64,000 nt of DNA, taken from contig CAWANH010000029.1 of assembly GCA_963783375.1 (NCBI GenBank), positions 1,248,001 through 1,312,000 of the forward strand, given 5' to 3'. Position 1 is the stretch's first letter, and the number at the start of each line of letters is the position of its first letter. Source of the stretch: Candidatus Eiseniibacteriota bacterium. GTDB taxonomy: Bacteria > Eisenbacteria > RBG-16-71-46 > JABDJR01. This document shows, piece by piece, positions 20,372 to 30,400 of this stretch. Below the pieces are notes generated by a model. The model searched no databases. It was not told where the DNA came from and saw only the letters and a program-made list of their open reading frames with translations. The position numbers and the translations under genes were made by a program.

Positions 20372-21700
20372 CTACACGCCCTCGGGCATGGACGGGATCC
20401 CGCGTCCCACTCCCCGGTGCACGAAGCCCAGGCTCCGCATCCGCTCCGGCTCGTAGATGTTCTTGAGGTCCACCACCAGGTTGCCCTTCAGGAGCTCGCG
20501 GATCCGCTTCAGATCCATGGTGCGGAACTCGTTCCATTCGGTGGCGATCACCACCGCGTCGGCGCCCTCGACCGCGGCCCAGAGATCGGCGGCGTACTCG
20601 ACGTCGGGGACCTCCTGCTTGGCGTTCTCCATGGCGATGGGATCGAAGGCGCGCACCGTCGCCCCCTTGTCGCGCAGGAACCGGCAGAAGTCCACCCCCA
20701 CCGAATAGCGGATGTCGTCGGTCTGGGGCTTGAAGGCCAGGCCGAGCACCGCCACCGTCTTTCCCTTGAGGCCGCCGAGGGCGGTCTCGGTCCGGGCCAT
20801 GAGCCGCCGCCGCTGTTCGTTGTTCACCTCGATGGTGGACTGCACGACCTTGAGCGGATAGCCGAGGCTCCGCGCCAGATGGTCCAGGGCCTCGGTGTCC
20901 TTGGGGAAGCAGGAACCGCCGTACCCGGCGCCGGCGTGAAGGAACTTGGAGCCGATCCGCCGGTCCAGCCCGATCCCCCGCTCCAGCACCTTCACGTCCG
21001 CCCCCACCAGCTCGCACAGGTTGGCCATCTCGTTGATGAAGGAGATCTTGGTGGCCAGGAAAGCGTTGGCCGCGTACTTGATCAGCTCGGCGGTCTCCAC
21101 CGTGGTCTTCACCATCGGGGTCTCGTTCAGGTAGAGCGGCTTGTAGACGTCCACCAGAACCTCTTCCGCCTGCTTGCTCCAGGTCCCGATCACTACCCGG
21201 TCGGGGCGCATGAAGTCCTCGACCGCGCTCCCCTCGCGGAGGAACTCGGGGTTCGAGGCCACGTCGAAGTCGTGGTCCCCGTTCCGCTGGGCGTGGATGA
21301 GATCGCGGATCCGGGCTCCGGTCCCCACCGGCACCGTGCTCTTCTGCACGATCACCTTGTAGCCGTTGATGTGCTTGGCGATCTCCCGGGCCACCTGGAA
21401 GACGTACTGGAGGTCGGCCTCCCCGTCCGATCCGCGCGGGGTCCCCACGCAGATGAAGATGACGTCGTTCTCGCGGATGGCGGTGGGGAGATCGGTCGAG
21501 AAGGTGAGCCGCCGCTCCCGCACGTTCCGCTCCACCAGTTCCTCGAGCCCGAACTCGTAGAAGGGGACCTTGCCCTTGCGGAGGCTCTCGACCTTGGACA
21601 CGTCGGCGTCCACCGCGGTGACCTCGTTGCCGTAATCGGCGAGGCAGGCGCCCGACACGAGACCCACGTACCCGGTCCCGACCATACAGATGCGATGCAT
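20372..21700 (-). CDS. ugd: UDP-glucose 6-dehydrogenase
   Basis: GTGYVG, KSTVPVGT, SNPEFLREG, GYGGSCFPKD, LAFKP.TDD. Confidence 0.93.
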   Translation of the reverse strand: MHRICMVGTGYVGLVSGACLADYGNEVTAVDADVSKVESLRKGKVPFYEFGLEELVERNVRERRLTFSTDLPTAIRENDVIFICVGTPRGSDGEADLQYVFQVAREIAKHINGYKVIVQKSTVPVGTGARIRDLIHAQRNGDHDFDVASNPEFLREGSAVEDFMRPDRVVIGTWSKQAEEVLVDVYKPLYLNETPMVKTTVETAELIKYAANAFLATKISFINEMANLCELVGADVKVLERGIGLDRRIGSKFLHAGAGYGGSCFPKDTEALDHLARSLGYPLKVVQSTIEVNNEQRRRLMARTETALGGLKGKTVAVLGLAFKPQTDDIRYSVGVDFCRFLRDKGATVRAFDPIAMENAKQEVPDVEYAADLWAAVEGADAVVIATEWNEFRTMDLKRIRELLKGNLVVDLKNIYEPERMRSLGFVHRGVGRGIPSMPEGV

Positions 21701-21861
21701 GTGTTCACTCCCGGACAAGCATAGGGGTTAAAGCGAGGCAAGAGTATAAGCGTCAAAGGGTTGCCGGAGCAAGACGGATGGCCTCTGCGGGCGAGGAAAG
21801 GTGGCGGGCGGGCGGCGCCCTCGATCTCCCCGAGCGCCTCCCGGGCCGGGCGGGGCCGCCC

Positions 21862-22569
21862 TCAGCCGACGGCCTCCATCTCCCGGAGCACCTCCCGGGC
21901 GGCGGCCGGAGGATCCTCCGCGGCGGTAATCGCGCGCCCCACCACGAGGTGGGTGGCCCCGGCCCGAAGCGCCGCCGCGGGGGTGGCGGTCCGGGCCTGG
22001 TCCCCCGCCCCGGTTCCGGCGGGGCGGATGCCGGGGATGACCTTGAGGAACTCTCCGGGGAGGGCGGCGGCCAGCGCCCCGAGTTCGAGCGCCGAGGCCA
22101 CCACGCCGTCCAACCCGGCTTCCCGCGCGGCCCGGGCGAAGGCCTCCACCCGCGGCCGGGCGTCGGCGCTCCGGTAGACCTCGGGGTACTCGCTACCGTC
22201 CAGGCTGGTGAGCACGGTGACCCCGAGTAGCTTGAGGGCGGTCTTCGGGGCCTCGTTCCGGGCGGACACCGCGGCCCGGAGCATGGCCGGACCTCCCTCG
22301 GCGTGCACGGTCAGGAAGTCGGCCCCCAGACCGGAGACGCTCCGGACCGCGCCGGCCACGGTGTTGGGAATGTCGTGAAGCTTCAAGTCCAGGAATACCC
22401 GATTGCCGCGCCCGGTGAGGGCGCGCACCACGTCGGGGCCCTCGGCGGTGAAGAGCTCGAGCCCCACCTTGTACCAGAGAACGGCGTCCCCCAACCGGTC
22501 GGCCAGGGCCAGGGCCGCCGCCGCGGTGGGAACGTCCAGGGCCACGATCATCCGATCCCGAGCTTCCAT
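21862..22569 (-). CDS. pyrF: Orotidine-5'-phosphate decarboxylase
   Basis: IVALD, KVGLELF, FLDLKLHDIPNTV, VTVLTS, PGIRP, DQAR, VVGR. Confidence 0.95.
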   Translation of the reverse strand: MEARDRMIVALDVPTAAAALALADRLGDAVLWYKVGLELFTAEGPDVVRALTGRGNRVFLDLKLHDIPNTVAGAVRSVSGLGADFLTVHAEGGPAMLRAAVSARNEAPKTALKLLGVTVLTSLDGSEYPEVYRSADARPRVEAFARAAREAGLDGVVASALELGALAAALPGEFLKVIPGIRPAGTGAGDQARTATPAAALRAGATHLVVGRAITAAEDPPAAAREVLREMEAVG

Positions 22570-22705
22570 GCCGCTCCTCTCCGGTCGGGGGCCCCCGATG
22601 ATCCTCGACCGGGGGCGCACCCCGCCGCTTGGTGGCCGCGCGATTCGCCCATGTTCCCCGGGGAGACCAGCGCCCCGCGATTCCCAGGGCGTGGCGCCCG
22701 CCCCG

Positions 22706-23677
22706 CTATTCGGTGGCCGCGGTCCCCGAGGCCTCGGTCCCCTCCTTCCAACGACGGTAGGCGGCGAGGTCGTCCGACACCCACTTGAGGGCCAGGCTGA
22801 TCACCGCCGCATCGTCCACGTAGCCGATCAGGGGAACGAAGTCGGGGATCACGTCGATCGGGCTCACGAAGTAGACGATGGCCCCGGTCATGGCCGCGAT
22901 GGACTTCCAGGGGATCTCGCGGTAGGTCCCGCTCCAGTAGTCCCTGACACAGGTGACCATGGCCTTGAGATCGGCCCAGAGTTCCTTCAGGGGTTGGGGA
23001 ATGTCCCGGGCCAGGTTGGCCAACTTCTTCGGTCCCTTCTTGGCCGCGTATTCAACGTCGGCGTCGTCCACGTTTCGAACTCCCTCCTCGAACTCGGCCA
23101 ACGCGAGGTTCAGTTCCTGGGCGTCGTCGGTCATGAGTTCGTGCTCGGGGATCGGCCGTGGCCCGGTGGGCCACCGGGGGGCCATGCGCGCGGAACGGGG
23201 CTCCACCGGCCCGCGGGTCGCGGCGCGGCGGGCCGGCTTCTTCGACGCGCTTCCCGCCCCCGCCTTCTTCTTCGATGTCTTTCGCTTTCCGGCCCGTTTC
23301 GCCGAGGGCTTCCTCTTGACCGGACTCCCACCGGCGGAGGTCTTGGGGGCCTTCTTCCTAGGAGCCGCATTCCCAGCCCGCTTGCCGGCGGACGCCTTCG
23401 TTGAAGTCTTCGGGGTCGTGGGTTTCCTTCCGGTCTTCTTCTTCGCCCCGGCCTTCTTCGCCCCGGCTTTCTTCGTCGCGGCTTTCTTTCCCCCGGCGCG
23501 CTTTTTGCCCGTGGCGGGCTTCCCGCTCCCGGCGGCCTTCCTGCCCGTGGCTGGCTTCCCGCCCCCGGCGGCCTTCCTGCCCGAGGCGGGCTTTCCGCTG
23601 CCGGCGGACTTCTTCCCGCGATTCGAACCCGGCCGGGATGATTGTTTCGAGGCGCGCGGGGCGGCTTTGCGGGCCAT
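22706..23677 (-). CDS. Lys/Ala-rich histone-H1-like N-terminus fused to a DUF1232 (YkvA) domain
   Basis: N-terminal KKAATKKAGAKK-type low complexity; C-terminal YFVSPIDVIPDFVPLIGYVDDAAV is the DUF1232 signature. Confidence 0.8.
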   Translation of the reverse strand: MARKAAPRASKQSSRPGSNRGKKSAGSGKPASGRKAAGGGKPATGRKAAGSGKPATGKKRAGGKKAATKKAGAKKAGAKKKTGRKPTTPKTSTKASAGKRAGNAAPRKKAPKTSAGGSPVKRKPSAKRAGKRKTSKKKAGAGSASKKPARRAATRGPVEPRSARMAPRWPTGPRPIPEHELMTDDAQELNLALAEFEEGVRNVDDADVEYAAKKGPKKLANLARDIPQPLKELWADLKAMVTCVRDYWSGTYREIPWKSIAAMTGAIVYFVSPIDVIPDFVPLIGYVDDAAVISLALKWVSDDLAAYRRWKEGTEASGTAATE

Positions 23678-23813
23678 GAATCTTCCTCCTCTCGATTTCA
23701 GCGATTTCGCCTGAGGGCCGATCCGCCTTCAGTTTGACATCGCCCGCCCGGGGACACAATGATTCCTCCTCCCGGCGCGGCGCCCGGCCCCGCGGCGGAA
23801 CGGGAGGCCCTCT

Positions 23814-24833
23814 GTGAAGGTTACGTTCGAGGTGGAGGTGGACGAGGCGATCTGGTCGCGGCTCGTGGACGCCGACCCCGCCGCCACCCCGTTTCACACC
23901 GTGGAATGGCTCCGGACGTGGTCCCGGGCCTTCCCGACGCTCCGCCCGGGCCGGCTTGTGGCGCGGGACGGTGGCGGCACGGTCCTCGGCGGCCTCCCGG
24001 TCTTCCGGTCGGTGCGCACCGGGCTCACCCAGCTTCTCTCCCTCCCCTACGGCGCGTACGGCGGGCCGGTGGCCGCGGCCTCCGAGGAGCCGGAACGGGC
24101 TCCGGTGCGGGACGCCCTCATCCGAGCCTGGATCGCCGAGGCGCGAAAGCCCGGGGTGGTGCGCGCGCACCTCGCGCTGTTCGGGTGGGCGCCCTCCGGG
24201 GCCTCGGAGGGATACGCACTGCCCGCGGAGGTTCCGGCGGCGTGGCTCCACACCCACCGGACCCGCGTCCTGGATCTCACCCCCGGATTCGAGCGGCTCT
24301 GGACCGACGTCTTCCGCGGGCGGGTCCGCACCGCCTGGCGTCGCGCGGAGAAGCTGGGGGTGACGGTGGCGCGGGAGGACGGCGAGGCGGCGGCCCGGGA
24401 AGCGGAGCGGCTCTACCGCCCCCAGGCCAGAATCTGGAGTCGCTACACCCCCTTTCCCCCCTCGCTCTTCTTCCGGCTCGCGGAGGCCGGGCCGGAACGG
24501 GTGGCGTTCTGGATCGCGCGCCACGAGGGACGGGCGGTCTCGATCCAGATCGTCCTCGAGCACGGACTTCAAGCCGCATCCTGGCTGATTGTGAACGCCC
24601 CCGAGGCCCGCGCCCTGAGCGCAGGGGTCCCGATCACCGGCGTTCCGATCGAGGCTGCGTGCCGCCGTGGATGCCACATCTTCAACTTCGGGAGCAGTAG
24701 CGGCATGCCCTCCCTCGACCACTACAAGGCGTCGTTCGGGGGAGGCGATCGCGTCTATCCCTCGCTCGACTACGAGGCGGCGTGGTTCCGTCCTCTCCGC
24801 CACCTCTACTACCGGGTTCGCGGGGTGGGCTGA
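23814..24833 (+). CDS. GNAT/FemAB-like acyltransferase (CelD/BcsL-type)
   Basis: ATPFHTVEW, SLPYGAYGG, RRAEKLGV, FNFGSS...YKASFGG. Confidence 0.75.
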   Translation: MKVTFEVEVDEAIWSRLVDADPAATPFHTVEWLRTWSRAFPTLRPGRLVARDGGGTVLGGLPVFRSVRTGLTQLLSLPYGAYGGPVAAASEEPERAPVRDALIRAWIAEARKPGVVRAHLALFGWAPSGASEGYALPAEVPAAWLHTHRTRVLDLTPGFERLWTDVFRGRVRTAWRRAEKLGVTVAREDGEAAAREAERLYRPQARIWSRYTPFPPSLFFRLAEAGPERVAFWIARHEGRAVSIQIVLEHGLQAASWLIVNAPEARALSAGVPITGVPIEAACRRGCHIFNFGSSSGMPSLDHYKASFGGGDRVYPSLDYEAAWFRPLRHLYYRVRGVG

Positions 24834-24955
24834 GGGAGCGGGCGCGGCGGGCGGAGACCGGGATGGCATGGACGGTCGGGACGTTGTTGGGAGCGGCCCG
24901 GCCCCGGAAGCGCACGGCCGGAGCTTTCTTGCGGAGAGAGCGCGCACGGGGCTTC

Positions 24956-25113
24956 ATTGCGAACATTGCTTCCCCGGGGGCGCACGGCGCGGGATTTATC
25001 GCGAACCATGCTTCCCCGGGGACGCACGGCGAGGACTTTATTGCGAACCTTGCTTCCCCGGGGGCGCACGGCGAGGGCTTTATTGCGAACCTTGCTTCCC
25101 CGGGGGAGCACGG
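24956..25113. repeat. 42-bp tandem repeat, left block, 4 copies with a palindromic core
   Basis: Units start at 24956, 24998, 25040, 25082; consensus ATYGCGAACCTTGCTTCCCCGGGGRCGCACGG plus ~10 less conserved nt. Confidence 0.95.
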
Positions 25114-25156
25114 TTGGCGCGATCCCGGCGCGGCCGCATGGGCCGGCCCTGCCCTT

Positions 25157-25321
25157 GAGCGAGGCGCGAATCGGATACCGCGGCGGGCGGCTCCGGTGAG
25201 CCACGGGCGAGCCGGAGACGGGGCCCCGTCGCGGGGGCCGAGCGAGCGAGGAAACGTCCGGTGGACGTTTCGAGCGAGCGCTGAGCGCCGAGACGAAGGG
25301 GCACCGGCCCAAAGGCCGGGC
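25157..25321 (+). other. Structured interspersed element, copy 1 (putative ncRNA or REP/MITE-like)
   Basis: 25220-25280 matches the reverse complement of 42051-42111 at 49/61 without gaps; stems 25178-25187/25225-25234 and 25251-25259/25263-25271. Confidence 0.7.
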
Positions 25322-25423
25322 TGGGGACGAGCCGGGCCGGGGAGGCGCTGAACCCGGCCGCGCCCGACTCGACCGAACCGAGTCGGCAACGGCCCGAAGG
25401 CCGGGCTGGGCGGCCGGCGCTCT

Positions 25424-25539
25424 ATCGCGAACCTTGCTTCCCCGGGGGAGCACGGCGAGGGCTTTATTGCGAACCTTGCTTCCCCGGGGACGCACCGCTG
25501 GCGCCTAATCGCGAACCTTGCTTCCCCGGGGACGCACGG
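25424..25539. repeat. 42-bp tandem repeat, right block, 3 copies
   Basis: Units start at 25424, 25466, 25508 with the same core as the left block. Confidence 0.95.
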
Positions 25540-25541
25540 GT

Positions 25542-26522
25542 TCAGCCGCGGTCGTTGCCGGGGGCGCCCCGGCCGGGCCCAACCAGCCACTCCTCGTCCG
25601 GGACCACCGATCCGATCACCGCGTCGAGGTTCTGGAGACCCCGCTCGGCCAGATATCCTCGGAGACCGGATGCGATCAGCGCGGGACAATTCGGGTCGGC
25701 GTACACCGCGGTCCCCACCTGAACCGCCTTGCACCCGGCGATCAGGAACTCCAGGGCGTCCTCGGTTTCGGCGATCCCCCCGATCCCGATCACGTCGCAG
25801 CGGAGCGCCTGGATCAGCTCCCAGCACTTGGCCAGGGCCACCGGGCGGATGGCCGGGCCGCTCAAGCCGCCCACCCCGCGGCGAAGCGCGGTGCGACGGG
25901 TCCGCACGTCGATTCTCATGCCCAGGAGCGTGTTGATGGCGGAGAGGCCGTCGGCGCCCGCGTCGAGGCAGGCCCGGCCCACCTCGCTGATGCGGGTGAC
26001 GTTGGGCGTGAGCTTGGTCCACACCGGCTTCCGGGTGGCCTTCCGCACCGCGGCCACCACCTCGGCGGCCAGCCGGGGATGGGTGCTCATATCGAGACCG
26101 CCTTCGCGGACGTTGGGGCAGGAGATGTTGAGCTCGAGGGCATCGCACCGCTCCACCGAGTCCAGCCGCTCGGCCAGCCGGGCGAAATCATCGGGTCCGT
26201 AGCCCCCGATCGAGACCACGACCCGGGTCTCGATGCCGTCGAGGCGGGGGAGCTTCTCGGTCAGGAACCGGTCGATCCCCACCCCTTCGAGCCCGATCGA
26301 GTTGAGCATCCCCGCCGGCGTCTCGGAGATCCGCGGCGGCGGGTTCCCCGGCCGCGCCTCGGCGAAGATCGTCTTGGTGACCACCCCGCCGATGGCTTCC
26401 AGGTCGAGGAGACCCAGGAGTTCGGCGCCGTACCCCCCGGTTCCCGAGGCCACCAGGATCGGGTTGCGGAGCGGGAGCCCGCCCGCGGTGATCGAGAGAT
26501 CCGGCACGATGGGCTCAGTCAT
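25542..26522 (-). CDS. pyrD: Dihydroorotate dehydrogenase, family 1B catalytic subunit
   Basis: NPILVASGT, GNPPPRI.ET..GMLNSIGL, ELNISCPNV, KLTPNV, GGLSGPAIRP. Confidence 0.95.
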   Translation of the reverse strand: MTEPIVPDLSITAGGLPLRNPILVASGTGGYGAELLGLLDLEAIGGVVTKTIFAEARPGNPPPRISETPAGMLNSIGLEGVGIDRFLTEKLPRLDGIETRVVVSIGGYGPDDFARLAERLDSVERCDALELNISCPNVREGGLDMSTHPRLAAEVVAAVRKATRKPVWTKLTPNVTRISEVGRACLDAGADGLSAINTLLGMRIDVRTRRTALRRGVGGLSGPAIRPVALAKCWELIQALRCDVIGIGGIAETEDALEFLIAGCKAVQVGTAVYADPNCPALIASGLRGYLAERGLQNLDAVIGSVVPDEEWLVGPGRGAPGNDRG

Positions 26523-27366
26523 GGCGGACCCGTTCCCAGTCGATCCGCGCCGCGTCCACCACCGGACCCTCGACACACTGCATGAGGTAGCGCGCCTCGT
26601 CCTTGAGCGGCACCGCGCACCCGCGGCAGAGCCCGAGCCCGCAGCCGTAGACCCCTTCGAAGCTCACCTGGCAGGCCAGGTCGTGGCGCCGGGCCAAGGC
26701 CGCGGCCTCGGCCAGGAGCACCTCGGGCCCGCAGACGTAGAGCGCCCCGCCGTCGGCCAGCCATTCGGGTCGGCCGGTCTCCAGGGCCTCGATCACCGTC
26801 CCCCGAAACCCCGCGCTACCGTCGTCGGTGGCCACCCGGAGACGATCCGGATCCAGGCGGTCCAACCCGAAGAGGAGCGCCTGGGTGCGAGCGCCAAACG
26901 CAAATCTTATATCGGGTTGCCCGCGTTCTCTTAGGATTCGGTAGAGGTAAAGGAGCGGTGCCGCGCCGCGTCCGCCGGCCACCAGGATCGCCGGGCGGGA
27001 GGGGTCCGGGGCGTAGGCCGTCCCCAGGGGGCCCAGGCAGTCGACCCGGTCGCCTTCGCGCCACCGGGCCATGGCCGCGGTCCCGCCTCCCACGACCGCG
27101 TAGTAGAGCTCGATCACCACCGCCCCGGGCTCCCGCCGGAACTCCACCACTCCGAAAGGACGCCGGAACAGGCGCTCCAGTTTGCCCCCACAGCGGAGGC
27201 TCAGGTACTGGCCGGGGAGGACGTCCGGGTAGTCGGCGGGAAGCTCGAGGGTGAGCCAAAAGAATCCGGGGTGCGTCTCACGTTGGGAGCGTACCCGCGC
27301 CGGATCCAACCGTGGCGTTGCCGGGTTCGGCGCCGGGGCGTTTCGGGTCTCGGTGGTCGGGGTCAA
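26515..27366 (-). CDS. pyrK: Dihydroorotate dehydrogenase electron-transfer subunit
   Basis: PGQY, RRPFG, GPLG, VAGGRGAAP, TDDGSAG, CGPE, CGLGLCRGC...C [2Fe-2S] motif; coupled to pyrD. Confidence 0.92.
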   Translation of the reverse strand: MTPTTETRNAPAPNPATPRLDPARVRSQRETHPGFFWLTLELPADYPDVLPGQYLSLRCGGKLERLFRRPFGVVEFRREPGAVVIELYYAVVGGGTAAMARWREGDRVDCLGPLGTAYAPDPSRPAILVAGGRGAAPLLYLYRILRERGQPDIRFAFGARTQALLFGLDRLDPDRLRVATDDGSAGFRGTVIEALETGRPEWLADGGALYVCGPEVLLAEAAALARRHDLACQVSFEGVYGCGLGLCRGCAVPLKDEARYLMQCVEGPVVDAARIDWERVRHD

Positions 27367-27482
27367 GGTCCGCCCTCTGGGTCCGGTGGTGCGCTTTTCT
27401 GCCTTCGGGACCGGCGGGTTGCCGGGAGAGTCCTTCTTCCCGAAGGCTCCGGGGCCTTGCCCTTGCCTGGTTCGACCCCCGC

Positions 27483-30400
27483 CTACTTTCCCCCCGCCTT
27501 CTTCCCGTCGTCCCCGGCATTCGTATCGGGGGGCGGGGCCTTCCCGGCATCGCCGGCGGTGGTGTCGGCGGGGGCGGTCCCATTCTCACCCACCGCTTTC
27601 AGGCTGTCAGCCGCATTCTCCCTCCCACCCGTCTTCGAACTGTCGGGGGCCGTCTCCGCCGGCTCGATCTTCAGGCTGTCCGCGCCTCCGCCCGCCGGGG
27701 TGATCGCGCCGCCCTCCTGCGTCCCGCCCTTCAAGGAGTCCGCCGGGGCGCTGGCGCCGTCCCCCTGCGTCCCGCCCTTCAAGGAGTCCGCGGGGGTGCC
27801 CGCCCCGTCCCCCGACTCCGCGCTCCTCAACGAATCCCCGGAGCCGGGAGCCGGGAACCACCCGTCCGCCGCCGGGACCGCCATCGGGTCCAGCGGCGCT
27901 CCGCTCGGGCCTACGGGAAGCGGCTTCCGGCCCACGTCCTCGGGCGGCGGCTGCGGCGTGGGGGGGACGGTGTCCCTCGGGGCGGGCGCCACCGGCGGTG
28001 TCGTCCCGGCCGGAAGCGGCGACGCCGTCTTCGACGGCAAGCCCTCCGGGGGTCCCGCGGCAGTTCCACCGGCGGGGGCACCGCCCGGCGCCGCACCACC
28101 CGGCTCAGCGTCAACCTTCCCCCCCGTCGCATTCGCGGAACCACGGCCGGGATCGTCTCCGGCCTCCAGTGGTGACCCACCCGGCGGCCCCGGCCCAACC
28201 GATGGCGGCTTCCCCGTCGGCGGCGGCGTTCCCCCCGGTGCAAGCACCGGCGGTTCGGTCCGGGTGTCGTCCCGGCTCAGGATGGCGACCGCGCGGTTTC
28301 CCCCGGGGCCGCCCGGGGGAGGGAGTTGGGCACGGCTGGAATCGGCCGGAGCCTCACGACGCATGCGTTCGAGAAGCTGGCGCTGGCGCTCACCGACCGA
28401 GGTTCCGGCGCTGGTGTCGGCGGCGGAAGCGCCGGGGGCCGACAACGAATCCGCGGGAGGCGGGGCCTCCGCCGCGGCCAGTAGGCTGTCCCGCACGGTC
28501 ACCGATGCAATGTTCTCCGGAGTTGCGAGTTCGGCCAGGCTGGGGCCGTTGAACTCCTCCGGCGAGGGTTCGCGCTCGGGCCCCTTCAGGATGCGCGCGG
28601 CCCTCCGGCCGTACTCGGTGTCGGGAAACCGGCGCATCACGTCCGCGTACTTGGCCCGTCCCCGGGCGGTGTCGGCGAGGGCGTGCATGCGCACCCACGC
28701 TTCGGCGAGAGCGGCTTTGGCCTCGTGATCGGTGCCCGGGAAGTCCTTCTGGATCGCCAAATACTCGCTGAGCGCCTTGTCCGGCTTGTCCTGTTGGAAG
28801 AGGTAGAGCTCCGCCCTCATGAAATGGGCCTGCGCCGCGGCGGCGGTGGCGGTGCTGGCCGAGTCCGAGGACGCCTCGGCGAGCAGGCTCTTCACCGTGG
28901 CCAGGCTCTTCGCCCGACGCGCCGCGTCTTCGGCAAACGATGAGCGTCCCTGGCTGCCGACCGCCTGGTATGCCTTCTGAGCCTCATCGAAGTCTTCCAG
29001 ATCCACCTCGTAGGTGTAGCCGATCCGGTACTGCGCCTCCGCGGCGTAGGTCGTTCCGCGGTATTCGTCGATCACCTGCTCGAAGGCCTGGATGGCGTCC
29101 CACGGCCTTCCCAGCGCGGCCAGCACTTGCCCCTCCTTGATCAGCACCCGGCCGAGCTGTTCGTATCTCGGATCGGTCTTGAGGAGGGTCTGCCGCTGCT
29201 GCTTGTTCTGCTGGCCGGCCACGGCGGAACCCACGGTCATCCCGGTCTGGGAATTGACCGTGCCGGTGGCGGTGTTCGGGGGTGTGTAGTTGGGATCGTA
29301 GACCCCGGTGGCCGGGTTGATCCCGCCGCTCTGGGTGTTCGGGTTGTAGTTGGGATCGTACTGTCCCGTCGCCGGGTTGATCCCCCCGGTCTGGGTGTTC
29401 GGGTTGTAGTTGGGATCGTACTGCCCCGTCGCCGGGTTGACCCCCCCGGTCTCGGTGTTCGGGTTGTAGTTGGGATCGTACTGCCCCGTCGCCGGGTTGA
29501 CCCCCCCGGTCTGGGTGTTCGGGTTGTAGTTGGGATCGTACTGCCCGGTGGCCGGGTTGATCCCACCGGGCTGGGTGTTCGGGTTGTAGTTGGGATCGTA
29601 CTGCCCGGTGGCCGGGTTGATCCCCCCGGGCTTGGCGTTCGGATTGAGCTGCGCATTCAGTAGCGAGTCCTGACGCGCCTGTTCCAGGGCCTTCAGCTTC
29701 TCGTTCCGGATGGCCTCCCGCTCCTCCGCGCTGATCCGCCCGTTGAATACGTTGGGGTCGAGCCACACCTCGACGTCCTGGTACAGCTTCAACGCCTGCT
29801 CGTGCTCATCCTGGCTCTCTAGCACCTCACCCAGATCGAGCTTGGCCTCCAGGCGCGCTTCCTCCATCGGCGCCTTGGTGGCCACATGGGTGAACAGCTC
29901 GCTCGCCCGATCGTAGGACTTGTCATCGAGGAGGAGCCGCCCCAAGGCCAGCCGCGCCTGCACCGCCAAGTCGCCCTTGGGGTAGCGGGACAGGAAATCC
30001 TGATAGGCGGCCTTCGCCCGGTCGGGGAGCTCTTCCTCCCGAAGGGCCTCGGCCACATAGAACTCCACGCTCTCCCGATCATCGTACTTGGGATAGCGCT
30101 GGATCAGGTCGGCCCAGATCGCCTGAGCCCCCGGGTAGTCTTCCTGGGCGAAGGCGGTGAGGCCCCGCCAGTAGGCGGCCTCGGCGAGCTTGTTGCTCTT
30201 GGGAAACCGCTCCGCGAAATGATCCAGCTCGCTCCGGGCGCTGATGTAGTCGCCCTTCCCGTAGTACGCCTTGGCCATGAGAAGCCGGGCGTCGTCCTGC
30301 CACTTGCTTCCCGGATAGTCCTCGATCACCTTCTTGCACTTATCGATGCACTTCGAATAGAGGTCGGAGGACCGCCCGACCGACGCGTTCTTCCGCGTGG

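Noticed and set aside
18237-21017. 926-aa extended WecB (also the extended GlyQ 52567-54432 and DUF502 57039-59177 track ORFs) as fusion proteins
   Set aside because: The upstream parts are off-frame readings over neighbouring real genes; canonical starts lie internally
24682-25495. ORFs across the 42-bp repeats and 41633-42388 across the 63-bp repeats as repeat proteins
   Set aside because: Unit lengths divisible by 3 keep several frames open on both strands; there is no clear RBS or domain and they overlap real genes
24956-25539. CRISPR or TIGR-type guide array
   Set aside because: The variable segments are only ~10 nt and mostly resemble each other, and no cas or Nop-domain gene is in the window. 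Kept only as a palindromic tandem repeat
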